The position numbers and the translations under genes were made by a program. From assembly GCA_963668175.1 (NCBI GenBank), contig OY764159.1, positions 1,984,001 to 2,048,000 of the forward strand: 64,000 bases of DNA, in the 5' to 3' direction. The DNA comes from Syntrophales bacterium (GTDB lineage: Bacteria > Desulfobacterota > Syntrophia > Syntrophales > PHBD01). The notes under the pieces were generated by a model. The model was not told the origin of the DNA. It was given only the letters and a program-made list of their open reading frames with translations, and searched no databases. Below are positions 9,304 through 17,540 of the stretch, piece by piece. Within the stretch, counting starts at the first letter, position 1. The number at the start of each line of letters is the position of its first letter.

Positions 9304-9573
9304 GTATCCGGCGGCTTCCGCCGTTCCTCGCCCATGCCGATCCCCCTCCCGAAATCCGGGAAACACCCTCCTCGCCGCGATTGCCGGCGAACAACCCTGT
9401 TCCCCGTCATCCGTTGCGTCACAGGAATAATTCCGTTCCTCTTATTCCGGACAATGAAGATGCCGTCTTTCAGGGGAGGTGAAGGGTTTCCGGACGGGGC
9501 CGTTCCCCGAAAAGCCATATACGACGTATATTTCCGCCGTACCCTGCTGCCGGCCGACGGTGCGGTTTCATTC

Positions 9574-9589
9574 TGGCATGTATCTTGAA
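9574..9589 (+). promoter_or_regulatory. Putative sigma54 promoter
   Basis: TGGCATG-TATC-TTGAA with correct spacing and a variant -12, about 65 bp before ATG 9654. Confidence 0.55.
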
Positions 9590-9653
9590 AATATCCATGG
9601 ATGGAGCAGCAAAACGGTCTTAGTTCAATCAATGAGGAAAGGAGAGAGAGTAT

Positions 9654-9941
9654 ATGATGATGGACCCGATGCAGATGAGCAAGCAGGTTGTCGATTTCAA
9701 CAAGAGGGCTTTCGGGAGTTCGTTCACCGCAGTGAGCATGATGCAGGACAACATGATGAAGGCCATGGACGCTTTCATGAACCAGTCCCCGCTCTGCCCG
9801 GCGGAAGCCAAGAACCATATGGCTTACTGGATGAAGGCCTGCACCGATTGCCGCGACAAATTCAAGACGGCCATGGACGACAACTTTACGAAGTTTGAAA
9901 GCTGGTGCAACGGCCATATGGGAGAAAAAACGGCCAAGTAG
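9654..9941 (+). CDS. Small helical phasin-like protein
   Basis: AAAGGAG RBS. Amphipathic 95-aa sequence (KQVVDFNKRAF...FKTAMDDNFTKFE). The family assignment is by resemblance only. Confidence 0.6.
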   Translation: MMMDPMQMSKQVVDFNKRAFGSSFTAVSMMQDNMMKAMDAFMNQSPLCPAEAKNHMAYWMKACTDCRDKFKTAMDDNFTKFESWCNGHMGEKTAK

Positions 9942-10447
9942 GAATCTCGCGGACCGCGCCTCCATGGTTACAGAAGATGAGCCCCCTCTTCGCCGGAAAC
10001 GTCCGTTCATCTTCCTGATTATTGCAAAACCCGTCTGGTGGCGCGTCGCCGCTGCAAGGGAAACATGCGGGTTGAAGCCGGAGCTGCCCCTGTCATAGGG
10101 AGCGGCTCCGGCGGCGGGCCGGACGCGATCTTATGCGCCGGCCTGATCGATATCGTCATCTTCGCGTTCTCAATCCGTTTCCAGCCCCACCGGAACTGTG
10201 ATTTGCCGCACATCGGCATCTCCGGCATCAGCAAATCAACGATCTTCCAACGGTTCCTGCCCTGCAAGCCTCTGCGTTCCCGCAGGACGAGCGGTCCGCG
10301 TCCACAGCGGATGGACAAAGTCCGACTTCCCCGGACGACATGTCCGGCGCACGCGTTCCTGTCCTCGCTTTCCTCCCGCATGCGACGCCGTCTAAAGTCC
10401 TGATTTTTAACGACCGGCCGCCTATTGTTTCGGGCTCGTACGGCGCA

Positions 10448-10462
10448 TGGCATGGTTCTTGT
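10448..10462 (+). promoter_or_regulatory. Putative sigma54 promoter heading the first chemosensory region
   Basis: TGGCATG-GTTC-TTGT with correct spacing and a variant -12, about 90 bp before ATG 10550. Confidence 0.5.
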
Positions 10463-10549
10463 GTAATGATGGTTATGCCTCTTCCGGGTATCCGTTCCAA
10501 AGCATGCCGGGATGGCGGAAGAGGTGGAAAAGAAGAGGTAAAACGGATA

Positions 10550-10936
10550 ATGCAGATTCTTTTTTATACGTCCGACGAAGACGGAAGCGCGAGACTTTCC
10601 CGCTTCATCGAAGTGATCGTTTCCAGAAAAAACATCACCTATATTCACACGCCTGAAGACCTTTTTCTCCGCCTGCACCATCCTCTAGGCGATCAGGCCA
10701 TCATCGTCGTCTACGTCTCGGCGCAGGAAGAGCTGGCGCACATTGCGGAGATGCAGGACCTTCTCAGCGATTTTCGCAGCATCATCATCCTGCCGGACAG
10801 GGACAAGGCGTCGATGGCCATGGCCTATACGCTGCGGCCGAGATTTATAGGTTACGCCGACGACGACTATCTGGACATCGTCACGGTAGTCAGCCGTCTG
10901 GTCGGCCGCGGAAGCGGCATGGTATGCCAGGGTTAG
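10550..10936 (+). CDS. Degenerate receiver-like (pseudo-REC) protein
   Basis: 128 aa with alternating beta/alpha pattern (MQILFYTSD...AIIVVYV...SIIILPD...LRPRFI). No canonical phospho-Asp/Lys set. Confidence 0.55.
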   Translation: MQILFYTSDEDGSARLSRFIEVIVSRKNITYIHTPEDLFLRLHHPLGDQAIIVVYVSAQEELAHIAEMQDLLSDFRSIIILPDRDKASMAMAYTLRPRFIGYADDDYLDIVTVVSRLVGRGSGMVCQG

Positions 10937-11046
10937 GGAACCCGCACCGCCTCGCATCGGAGGGGCGGACGGGCAGGAAGGGAGTGAACAGCCGCGGAAC
11001 GGCGTGAACGGTCGGCGGTATCGAGACGGATGAAAAACGGAAAACC

Positions 11047-11478
11047 ATGAAGACGGAAATGATAGTGCCGGCGGTCTACGGGCTTGTCCCCCGGGCGCTT
11101 CCCGACGAGGATGAGCATGGCAGGGAGAGAAGAAAGGCCGTGCGGTTTGCCCTCGCGGTCCCCGTGAGGATCAGGATATTGGAAAGCGATGATGCGATCG
11201 AAGCAAGGGCCATCGGCGGGCATACGATGAATATTTCGACAGGGGGCGCCTTGTTGAAAACGGATTGCGCCATACCGGCGGGAACGCGGATCAGGATGGA
11301 ACTGATGTTCTCCTCCCTGTGCTATCTCGGAGGGGCGGACAACAGTGCGATGTCGGTCGTCGCCATAGGAGGCCGCGTTATCAGATGCTGGTCCCGGGGG
11401 ATCGCCGTGGCCTTCGACGGCCGCTTCTCCGTCACGGCCGGCTGCGGCCCCGGATGGACGGGGGGACGGCAGGTTTAG
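11047..11478 (+). CDS. PilZ-domain c-di-GMP receptor
   Basis: ERRKAVRF (RxxxR) and NISTGG (D/NxSxxG). Confidence 0.85.
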   Translation: MKTEMIVPAVYGLVPRALPDEDEHGRERRKAVRFALAVPVRIRILESDDAIEARAIGGHTMNISTGGALLKTDCAIPAGTRIRMELMFSSLCYLGGADNSAMSVVAIGGRVIRCWSRGIAVAFDGRFSVTAGCGPGWTGGRQV

Positions 11479-11496
11479 GGCCGGCCGGCTGGCAGC

Positions 11497-13362
11497 ATGA
11501 TCCGAAGCGTGAAGAAATACCTTTCCTTCCGCCGCAACCCGTCCGCCGGCTGGATAGGCAGGATCCATTCCGCCACGGGGCACCTGTCGAGGCTGAATGC
11601 CTCCACGGAACAGGAGTTCCTGGCCGTCGGCGAGCGCCTTCAGGATTTTTACGCCCGCGCCCGCCGGATCGCGTCCCTGACGTCCGACGTCGCAGCGCGT
11701 ATGTCCGGCAGGGAGCTCGACGCCCTCGTGGAGGAACTTACCGCCGTGGCCGCCGACCTCAAGGCCATGGGCGACGACTCGCGTCAGGGGGTCGATATCC
11801 TGAACGTGATCGTCAGGGGCTTCGAGAATATCCAAGGCCCCTTGAGCAATTTCGAAAAGATTGTCAAAAACCTGCAGGTTTTAGGCAACTTCGTCCGGAT
11901 CGAAAGCGCCAGGATGCGCGACCGGGACAGCGGTTTCGTCACGCTTGTCGAGGATATCAAGAAGCTGGCGGTCAACGTCGAACTGCAGTCGAAGGAACTG
12001 ATCGACCAGGCGGGGTCGCTCCGCATCCGCATCCAGGAAGACCTCAACGGCATCACCAGGATGAAGGCGGATCTGGATGCGCAGACGCGCGATATCATGG
12101 CGGACACGGAGGCCAAGATCGAATCCCTGACCAGGAGGCACGCCTGGTCGCTCAAGACGGTCCGGGATTTTGCCGGGCGGTGGGAAACCATTACGGGAAG
12201 CATCGGGGAAATCGTCATGTCCATCCAGTTCCACGATATCACGCGGCAGCAGATCGAGCACGTGAGCGAGGCCCTGGGGGATGTCGCGGGCGCCATGCAG
12301 CGGCCGTCTTCCGGCGAGAACGGCCGACGCCGGCCGCTCGGAAAGGGCGGTGCGCCGTCCTCCCGTTACGATTCCATGGGAACCGTGGCAGCCGTCTGTG
12401 AACTGCAGTCGGCGCAGCTTGAGCACGCGGGCGAAGAGATGGAGGCGGCGGTGGGGCGCATCCTCTCGAACCTCGAAGGGGTGGCCGGACAGATCAAGTC
12501 CATGTCGGAAGATATCAGGAGGCTGGCGGGATCGGGCGAAGACGAGGGCCGATCCTATCTTGCCGGGCTGGAGGAAGGGCTGGTGAGGATGACCGGAGCC
12601 CTCGGGCGGTATGCCGGGGTCAGCCGGGAACTCAGGAAGGCCACCGGACGTATTCCGGAGACGGTGGCCAGGATGTCGGCGCTTGTCGCCGTCATCGACA
12701 AGATCGGCATCGACATGCAGATCGTGGCGCTCAACGCCTATATCCGCGCGGAGCATATCGGCGCGGGCGGCATCGCCCTGGGCGTTCTCGCCGATTCCCT
12801 CCACGGGATGTCGAAAAGCACGATCGCGGAGATCTACGCCGTATCCGGCGAGCTTAAGGGCCTCTTCCAGGCGACGGCGTCGCTTTCCCCGGGCGACGCC
12901 GGGAAAGCCGACGAAGAGCGCGCCGTCGCGCGTCACCTGGCCGATATCCTGAAGCCGCTTCATCGCCTCGACGACGAAACGGCCGGGCTCATCGCCGATA
13001 TCGATGCATCGGGGAAGGCGTTCGCCGACGATATCGAATCGGCCGTCGCCGGTTTTACGGTTCATGAAAAGGTGCGCCGCGTCATCGACGGCGTAAGGAG
13101 CGAACTCGCTTCCGTCGCGGCCGGTATTCGCGGCCTGCTTCCCGCGGAGGTCCTGGCCCGGCAGGACGCGGAACTGGACCGGCTGGCGGGGCGCTATACC
13201 ATGGCCAGGGAGAGGGACATCCATCAAACGCTCCTTGCCGCGGACGGTGCTGCGGCGGAATCGGTTCCCGGCGAAACCGTCCTTTTCGGAGACGGGGAGG
13301 ATACGCCGCAAACGAAGGAGAAGGATGCCGAAGAACTGGGGGACAATGTCGAATTGTTTTAA
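11497..13362 (+). CDS. Soluble degenerate MCP-like coiled-coil protein
   Basis: No TM segment. Two degenerate hairpin tips (LQVLGNFVRIESAR, IVALNAYIRAEH), IQFHDITRQQIEHV, and C-terminal DNVELF. Confidence 0.7.
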   Translation: MIRSVKKYLSFRRNPSAGWIGRIHSATGHLSRLNASTEQEFLAVGERLQDFYARARRIASLTSDVAARMSGRELDALVEELTAVAADLKAMGDDSRQGVDILNVIVRGFENIQGPLSNFEKIVKNLQVLGNFVRIESARMRDRDSGFVTLVEDIKKLAVNVELQSKELIDQAGSLRIRIQEDLNGITRMKADLDAQTRDIMADTEAKIESLTRRHAWSLKTVRDFAGRWETITGSIGEIVMSIQFHDITRQQIEHVSEALGDVAGAMQRPSSGENGRRRPLGKGGAPSSRYDSMGTVAAVCELQSAQLEHAGEEMEAAVGRILSNLEGVAGQIKSMSEDIRRLAGSGEDEGRSYLAGLEEGLVRMTGALGRYAGVSRELRKATGRIPETVARMSALVAVIDKIGIDMQIVALNAYIRAEHIGAGGIALGVLADSLHGMSKSTIAEIYAVSGELKGLFQATASLSPGDAGKADEERAVARHLADILKPLHRLDDETAGLIADIDASGKAFADDIESAVAGFTVHEKVRRVIDGVRSELASVAAGIRGLLPAEVLARQDAELDRLAGRYTMARERDIHQTLLAADGAAAESVPGETVLFGDGEDTPQTKEKDAEELGDNVELF

Positions 13363-13371
13363 AGGAGGCCT

Positions 13372-13722
13372 ATGAAATACAGACTGGAAGACGCGGGCGA
13401 TCCGGTTGTCCTGACGCTGGAAGGACCCCTCGACATTCAGAACGCGAAGGAACTCAGGGACGCCTTCGTTGCGGCCGCGCAGGGGAAGAATCTCGTCCTC
13501 GACCTCGGCGGGGCCGGAGCGGCGGATGTGTCGGCCCTGCAGCTCTTTTGCTCCCTGCACCGGACGATGACGCGCGCCGGGCGGGGCTTTGCGATCCAGG
13601 GCCCGGTAAGCGACGCTTTCCGGCAGTCGGTCGCCGATGCGGGGTTTCAGAGAGAACACGGCTGCGCCCTGGACGATCAGGGAACATGCCTCTGGTCCAA
13701 AGGGGGTGAATGCTATGAGTAA
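13372..13722 (+). CDS. STAS-domain protein
   Basis: VLTLEGPLDI...LVLDLGG...DVSALQL. AAAGGAGG RBS. Confidence 0.85.
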   Translation: MKYRLEDAGDPVVLTLEGPLDIQNAKELRDAFVAAAQGKNLVLDLGGAGAADVSALQLFCSLHRTMTRAGRGFAIQGPVSDAFRQSVADAGFQREHGCALDDQGTCLWSKGGECYE

Positions 13723-14077
13723 GACGATCATGGCGGTCGACGACTCGGCCAGTGTGCGGCAGATGGTGAGCTTCACCCTGAAGAACGCCGGCTACGAGGT
13801 CATCGAGGCCGCTGACGGCCGTGAGGCCCTCGCCAAGGCGAAAGGCCCCGTGAGCATGGTCATTACGGATCTCAACATGCCCAATCTGGACGGCATCGGC
13901 CTGATCCGGTCGCTGCGCGCGATGCCCGATTTCAAATACGTGCCGATCGTCATGCTCACGACCGAGTCGCAGGCGGATAAGAAAATGGAAGGCAAACAGG
14001 CCGGGGCGACGGGATGGATCGTGAAGCCCTTCAAGCCCGAACAGCTGCTGGCCGTCGTGAAGAAGGTGATCGGATGA
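13715..14077 (+). CDS. cheY: Chemotaxis response regulator CheY
   Basis: Stand-alone REC (VDDSAS, ITDLNMP, MLTTES, WIVKPF), overlapping the cheA start. Confidence 0.9.
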   Translation: MSKTIMAVDDSASVRQMVSFTLKNAGYEVIEAADGREALAKAKGPVSMVITDLNMPNLDGIGLIRSLRAMPDFKYVPIVMLTTESQADKKMEGKQAGATGWIVKPFKPEQLLAVVKKVIG

Positions 14078-16200
14078 CGGACCAGTACCGCGATGCATTC
14101 AGGGAAGAGGCCCAGGAACTCCTCGTCGAGCTGGAGGAATCGCTCCTGGAACTGGAGAGGACGCCCGACGACCTGGACCAGGTGGGGCGCGTCTTCCGGG
14201 CCATGCACACGATCAAGGGATCGGGAGCCATGTTCGGCTTCGACGAAGTGGCGGCCTTCACCCACGACGTCGAAACGGTCTACGATCTCGTCCGGAACAG
14301 GAAGCTCGCGGTGACGAAGCATCTCGTGAACCTGACGCTGTCGGCCTGCGACCAGATCCGCCGGATGGTCTTCTCGGCGGAAGAGGCAAGCGGCGAGGAC
14401 CGGCGGATCGCCGGGGAGCTTACGGCTTCCTTCCGGGAGTTTCTCGCCGGCGGCGAGGCGGATACGGTAACGTCGAAGGCTTCCGTATCTTCGGCGCCGG
14501 CGGAATCGTCGGCCGCGGGAGTCGTCACGTACCGCATCCGGTTCCAGCCCGACGGCGGCATCTTCGCCTCCGGCACGAATCCGGTGCTGCTTTTGAACGA
14601 ACTGCGCGGCCTGGGCCGCTGCGACGCCTTCGTCTGCACCGATGCCGTCCCGTATCTGGACGAGATCGACCCGGAGCAGTGCTACACTTTCTGGGACATC
14701 ATCCTGACGACGGGAAGCGGCATCGACGCCGTCAAGGACGTTTTCATCTTCGTCGAGGACAGCTGCCGCCTCGCCATCGACGTCATCGACGACGAACAGA
14801 GGCTGACCGAGGAGGCGGATTATAAGAGAATAGGGGAGATCCTGGTGGAGCGGGGCGACGTCACGAAAAACGACGTGATGAAGGGCCTCGATTCCCACAA
14901 GAAACTCGGACGGCTGCTGATCGAAAGCGGCGTTGTCGGCCCGGACAAGGTGGGCTCGGCGCTGGCGGAGCAGGAGCACATCCGGGAACAGAGGAAAACG
15001 AAGCAGGCGGCGGAAGCGCAGACATCCATCCGCGTGCCGACGGGTAAGCTCGACAGCCTCGTGAACATGGTCGGGGAACTCGTCACGGTCCAGTCGCGGC
15101 TGAGCCGGGTGGCGCTCTCGTCGGGAAACGTGGAGATCGTACAGATCGCCGAGATCGTGGAACGCCTGACGGCGGAACTGCGCGACAACACGATGAGCAT
15201 CCGCATGCTTCCCATCGGCACGACCTTCAGCAAGTTCCAGCGCCTCGTGCGGGACCTGTCGTCCGAACTGGGCAAGGAGATCGTCCTCGCCGCCGAAGGG
15301 GCGGAAACCGAGCTGGACAAGACGGTCATCGACCGCCTGAACGATCCCCTCGTCCACCTGATCCGCAACAGCATCGACCACGGCATCGAGATGCCCGACG
15401 CGAGACGCGACGCGGGAAAGCCGCCGTGCGGCACCGTGCGCCTGTCGGCGGTACATTCGGGGGCCAACGTGCTGATCCGGGTGGAGGACGACGGCGCGGG
15501 CCTCGACCGGGACGTGCTTTACAGGAAGGCGGTGGAGAAGGGACTGATCCCGTCCGACGCGAACCTGACGGAGAAGGAAATCTTCTTCCTGATCTTCGCC
15601 CCGGGCTTTTCCACGGCGGCCAAGGTGACCGGCGTGTCGGGACGGGGCGTCGGCATGGATGTGGTCAAGAAAAGCATCGACGCCCTCCAGGGGACGATCG
15701 ACATCGCAAGCGAAAAGGGCCGGGGGACGACCGTCACCCTGAAGCTGCCCCTGACGCTCGCCATCATCGACGGCCTGCTCGTCCGGATCGAAGGGGCCTT
15801 CTTCGTCATGCCGCTTTCGGCCGTGGAGGAATGCGTCGAGCTTTCTCGCGAGGAGGCGGAGAAGTCCCACGGACACAACCTGGCGTCGATCCGCGGGGAG
15901 ATCGTGCCCTACGTCCGTCTCCGGGAACGTTTCCGCATAGAAGGGGCGGCGCCTCCCATCGAGCAGATCGTGACGACGGGGATCGACGGCTACCGCGTCG
16001 GCCTGGTCGTGGACGAAGTGGTCGGGGAGCACCAGACCGTCATCAAGTCGCTGGGGCGCATCTACCGGTCCGTCCAGGAGGTGTCGGGCGCGACGATCCT
16101 GGGCGACGGCAAGGTGGCCCTGATTCTCGACCTGCCGAAACTGGTCCGGAACGCCGAGATGGACGAAAAGGCGAGGCACAGGGAAAGGAGGGTCAACTGA
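14074..16200 (+). CDS. cheA: Chemotaxis histidine kinase CheA
   Basis: Hpt FRAMHTIKGSG, HLIRNSIDHGIE, GFSTA...[10 protein letters not shown], and a CheW-like P5 domain. Confidence 0.97.
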   Translation: MTDQYRDAFREEAQELLVELEESLLELERTPDDLDQVGRVFRAMHTIKGSGAMFGFDEVAAFTHDVETVYDLVRNRKLAVTKHLVNLTLSACDQIRRMVFSAEEASGEDRRIAGELTASFREFLAGGEADTVTSKASVSSAPAESSAAGVVTYRIRFQPDGGIFASGTNPVLLLNELRGLGRCDAFVCTDAVPYLDEIDPEQCYTFWDIILTTGSGIDAVKDVFIFVEDSCRLAIDVIDDEQRLTEEADYKRIGEILVERGDVTKNDVMKGLDSHKKLGRLLIESGVVGPDKVGSALAEQEHIREQRKTKQAAEAQTSIRVPTGKLDSLVNMVGELVTVQSRLSRVALSSGNVEIVQIAEIVERLTAELRDNTMSIRMLPIGTTFSKFQRLVRDLSSELGKEIVLAAEGAETELDKTVIDRLNDPLVHLIRNSIDHGIEMPDARRDAGKPPCGTVRLSAVHSGANVLIRVEDDGAGLDRDVLYRKAVEKGLIPSDANLTEKEIFFLIFAPGFSTAAKVTGVSGRGVGMDVVKKSIDALQGTIDIASEKGRGTTVTLKLPLTLAIIDGLLVRIEGAFFVMPLSAVEECVELSREEAEKSHGHNLASIRGEIVPYVRLRERFRIEGAAPPIEQIVTTGIDGYRVGLVVDEVVGEHQTVIKSLGRIYRSVQEVSGATILGDGKVALILDLPKLVRNAEMDEKARHRERRVN

Positions 16201-16206
16201 AGCGTT

Positions 16207-16809
16207 ATGGCTTTCACCTTCTTTTTCCGGGATATCGATACGCTGGCGCGGGCCGTCGAGTACATGATTCCCGGCACCAGCGGCCGCAGCCGGGTCAAGG
16301 TATGGGACGCGGGATGCGCCATGGGGCAGGAGCCCTACTCGCTGGCGATCCTCCTTGCGGAAAACATGGGCCATTTCGCCTTCCGGAACGTTCAGATACT
16401 GGCCACGGACTACGACGAGCCCCTGCTCAGCGTCGTCCGGCAGGCCACCTATCCGGGGGACGAATTGCAGCGGATTCCCCGCGACCTGTTCGAGAGGTAT
16501 TTCGAGCCGGCGGGGGACGACGGCCGTTACCGCGTGGTCGAGAAAATCAGGAACTGCGTCCTGCCGCAGTTCCACGATCTCCTTTCGTTTACGCCCGTGC
16601 GGGACGGCTTCAGCCTGATCGTCTGCAAGAACGTGCTCCTGCATTTCCAGTACGGGGAACGCGTCGAGGTTTTCAGGATGTTTCATCAGGCGATGGAGCC
16701 GGGCGGGCTCCTGGCGACGGAGCACACGCAGAAGCTGCCCGACGAGGTCGCCCACCTCTTCCGTCAGGTGGTGAACAACGGCCAGCTCTTCCAGAAGCTG
16801 GAGGCGTAG
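16207..16809 (+). CDS. Short CheR-like SAM-dependent methyltransferase lacking the N-terminal helical domain
   Basis: Begins at TFFFRD. Motifs VWDAGCAMGQEPYSLA, ILATD and LIVCKNVLLHF. 200 aa. Confidence 0.85.
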   Translation: MAFTFFFRDIDTLARAVEYMIPGTSGRSRVKVWDAGCAMGQEPYSLAILLAENMGHFAFRNVQILATDYDEPLLSVVRQATYPGDELQRIPRDLFERYFEPAGDDGRYRVVEKIRNCVLPQFHDLLSFTPVRDGFSLIVCKNVLLHFQYGERVEVFRMFHQAMEPGGLLATEHTQKLPDEVAHLFRQVVNNGQLFQKLEA

Positions 16810-16810
16810 C

Positions 16811-17473
16811 ATGAAAGTGATCGATATCAAGGGGCGCAACAACGTATACAGTTCCAACGTCTACCTGGTGACGGGAGACTGGAAGAAGCTCGAAGACCTC
16901 AACACGCTGATCGACGTCGGCGGCGATCCCTCGATCCTGGATACGATCGACAGGACCAGCACCGGCGTCGGGAAGAACAAGATCGACCAGGTCATCCTGA
17001 CGCACAGCCATTCGGACCATACGTCGAACCTGTCCCTGATCCGGGAACGTTACCGGCCGAAGGTCTTCGCTTATTCGCCGTTTATCGAAGGGGTGGACCA
17101 GCTTTTGAGCCACGGGGAACGGATCAGGATCGGGGACCGGATGTTCGAGGTCATCCACACGCCCGGCCATTCGAGCGATTCCGTTTCCCTCTTCAACGAC
17201 GACGAAGGGGTCCTGTTCGTGGGCGATACGCCGGTTGTGATCAGGACGGCGGGCGGCAGCTACGAGGCCAATTTCATCACGGCCCTGAAGATGCTCTGCC
17301 GGCGGCGCGTTCACACCATCTATTTCGGCCACGGCGAGCCGATCACGAAGAATGCCCATGCGGTGCTCCTCGCCAGCCTGAAGAACGTCCACCGGAGCAT
17401 GATGGCGAAGGCCATGGCCCTGGCGCATCCGGAAGGAAATGTGGAAGAATCGCGGCCGGCGGGACAATCCTGA
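16811..17473 (+). CDS. Metallo-beta-lactamase-fold protein
   Basis: THSHSDH, HTPGHS, LFVGD and YFGHG. Confidence 0.9.
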   Translation: MKVIDIKGRNNVYSSNVYLVTGDWKKLEDLNTLIDVGGDPSILDTIDRTSTGVGKNKIDQVILTHSHSDHTSNLSLIRERYRPKVFAYSPFIEGVDQLLSHGERIRIGDRMFEVIHTPGHSSDSVSLFNDDEGVLFVGDTPVVIRTAGGSYEANFITALKMLCRRRVHTIYFGHGEPITKNAHAVLLASLKNVHRSMMAKAMALAHPEGNVEESRPAGQS

Positions 17474-17540
17474 ATTCGGGACGCCGCGCTGCAGGGATAA
17501 ACGGAATCGATCGGGTATTTGCTCAAGGAGGTCCGTTCTC

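Noticed and set aside
16811..17473. Direct call as ODP or as a beta-lactamase
   Set aside because: The ligand motif is generic HxHxDH and there is no signal peptide. Only the fold is supportable.
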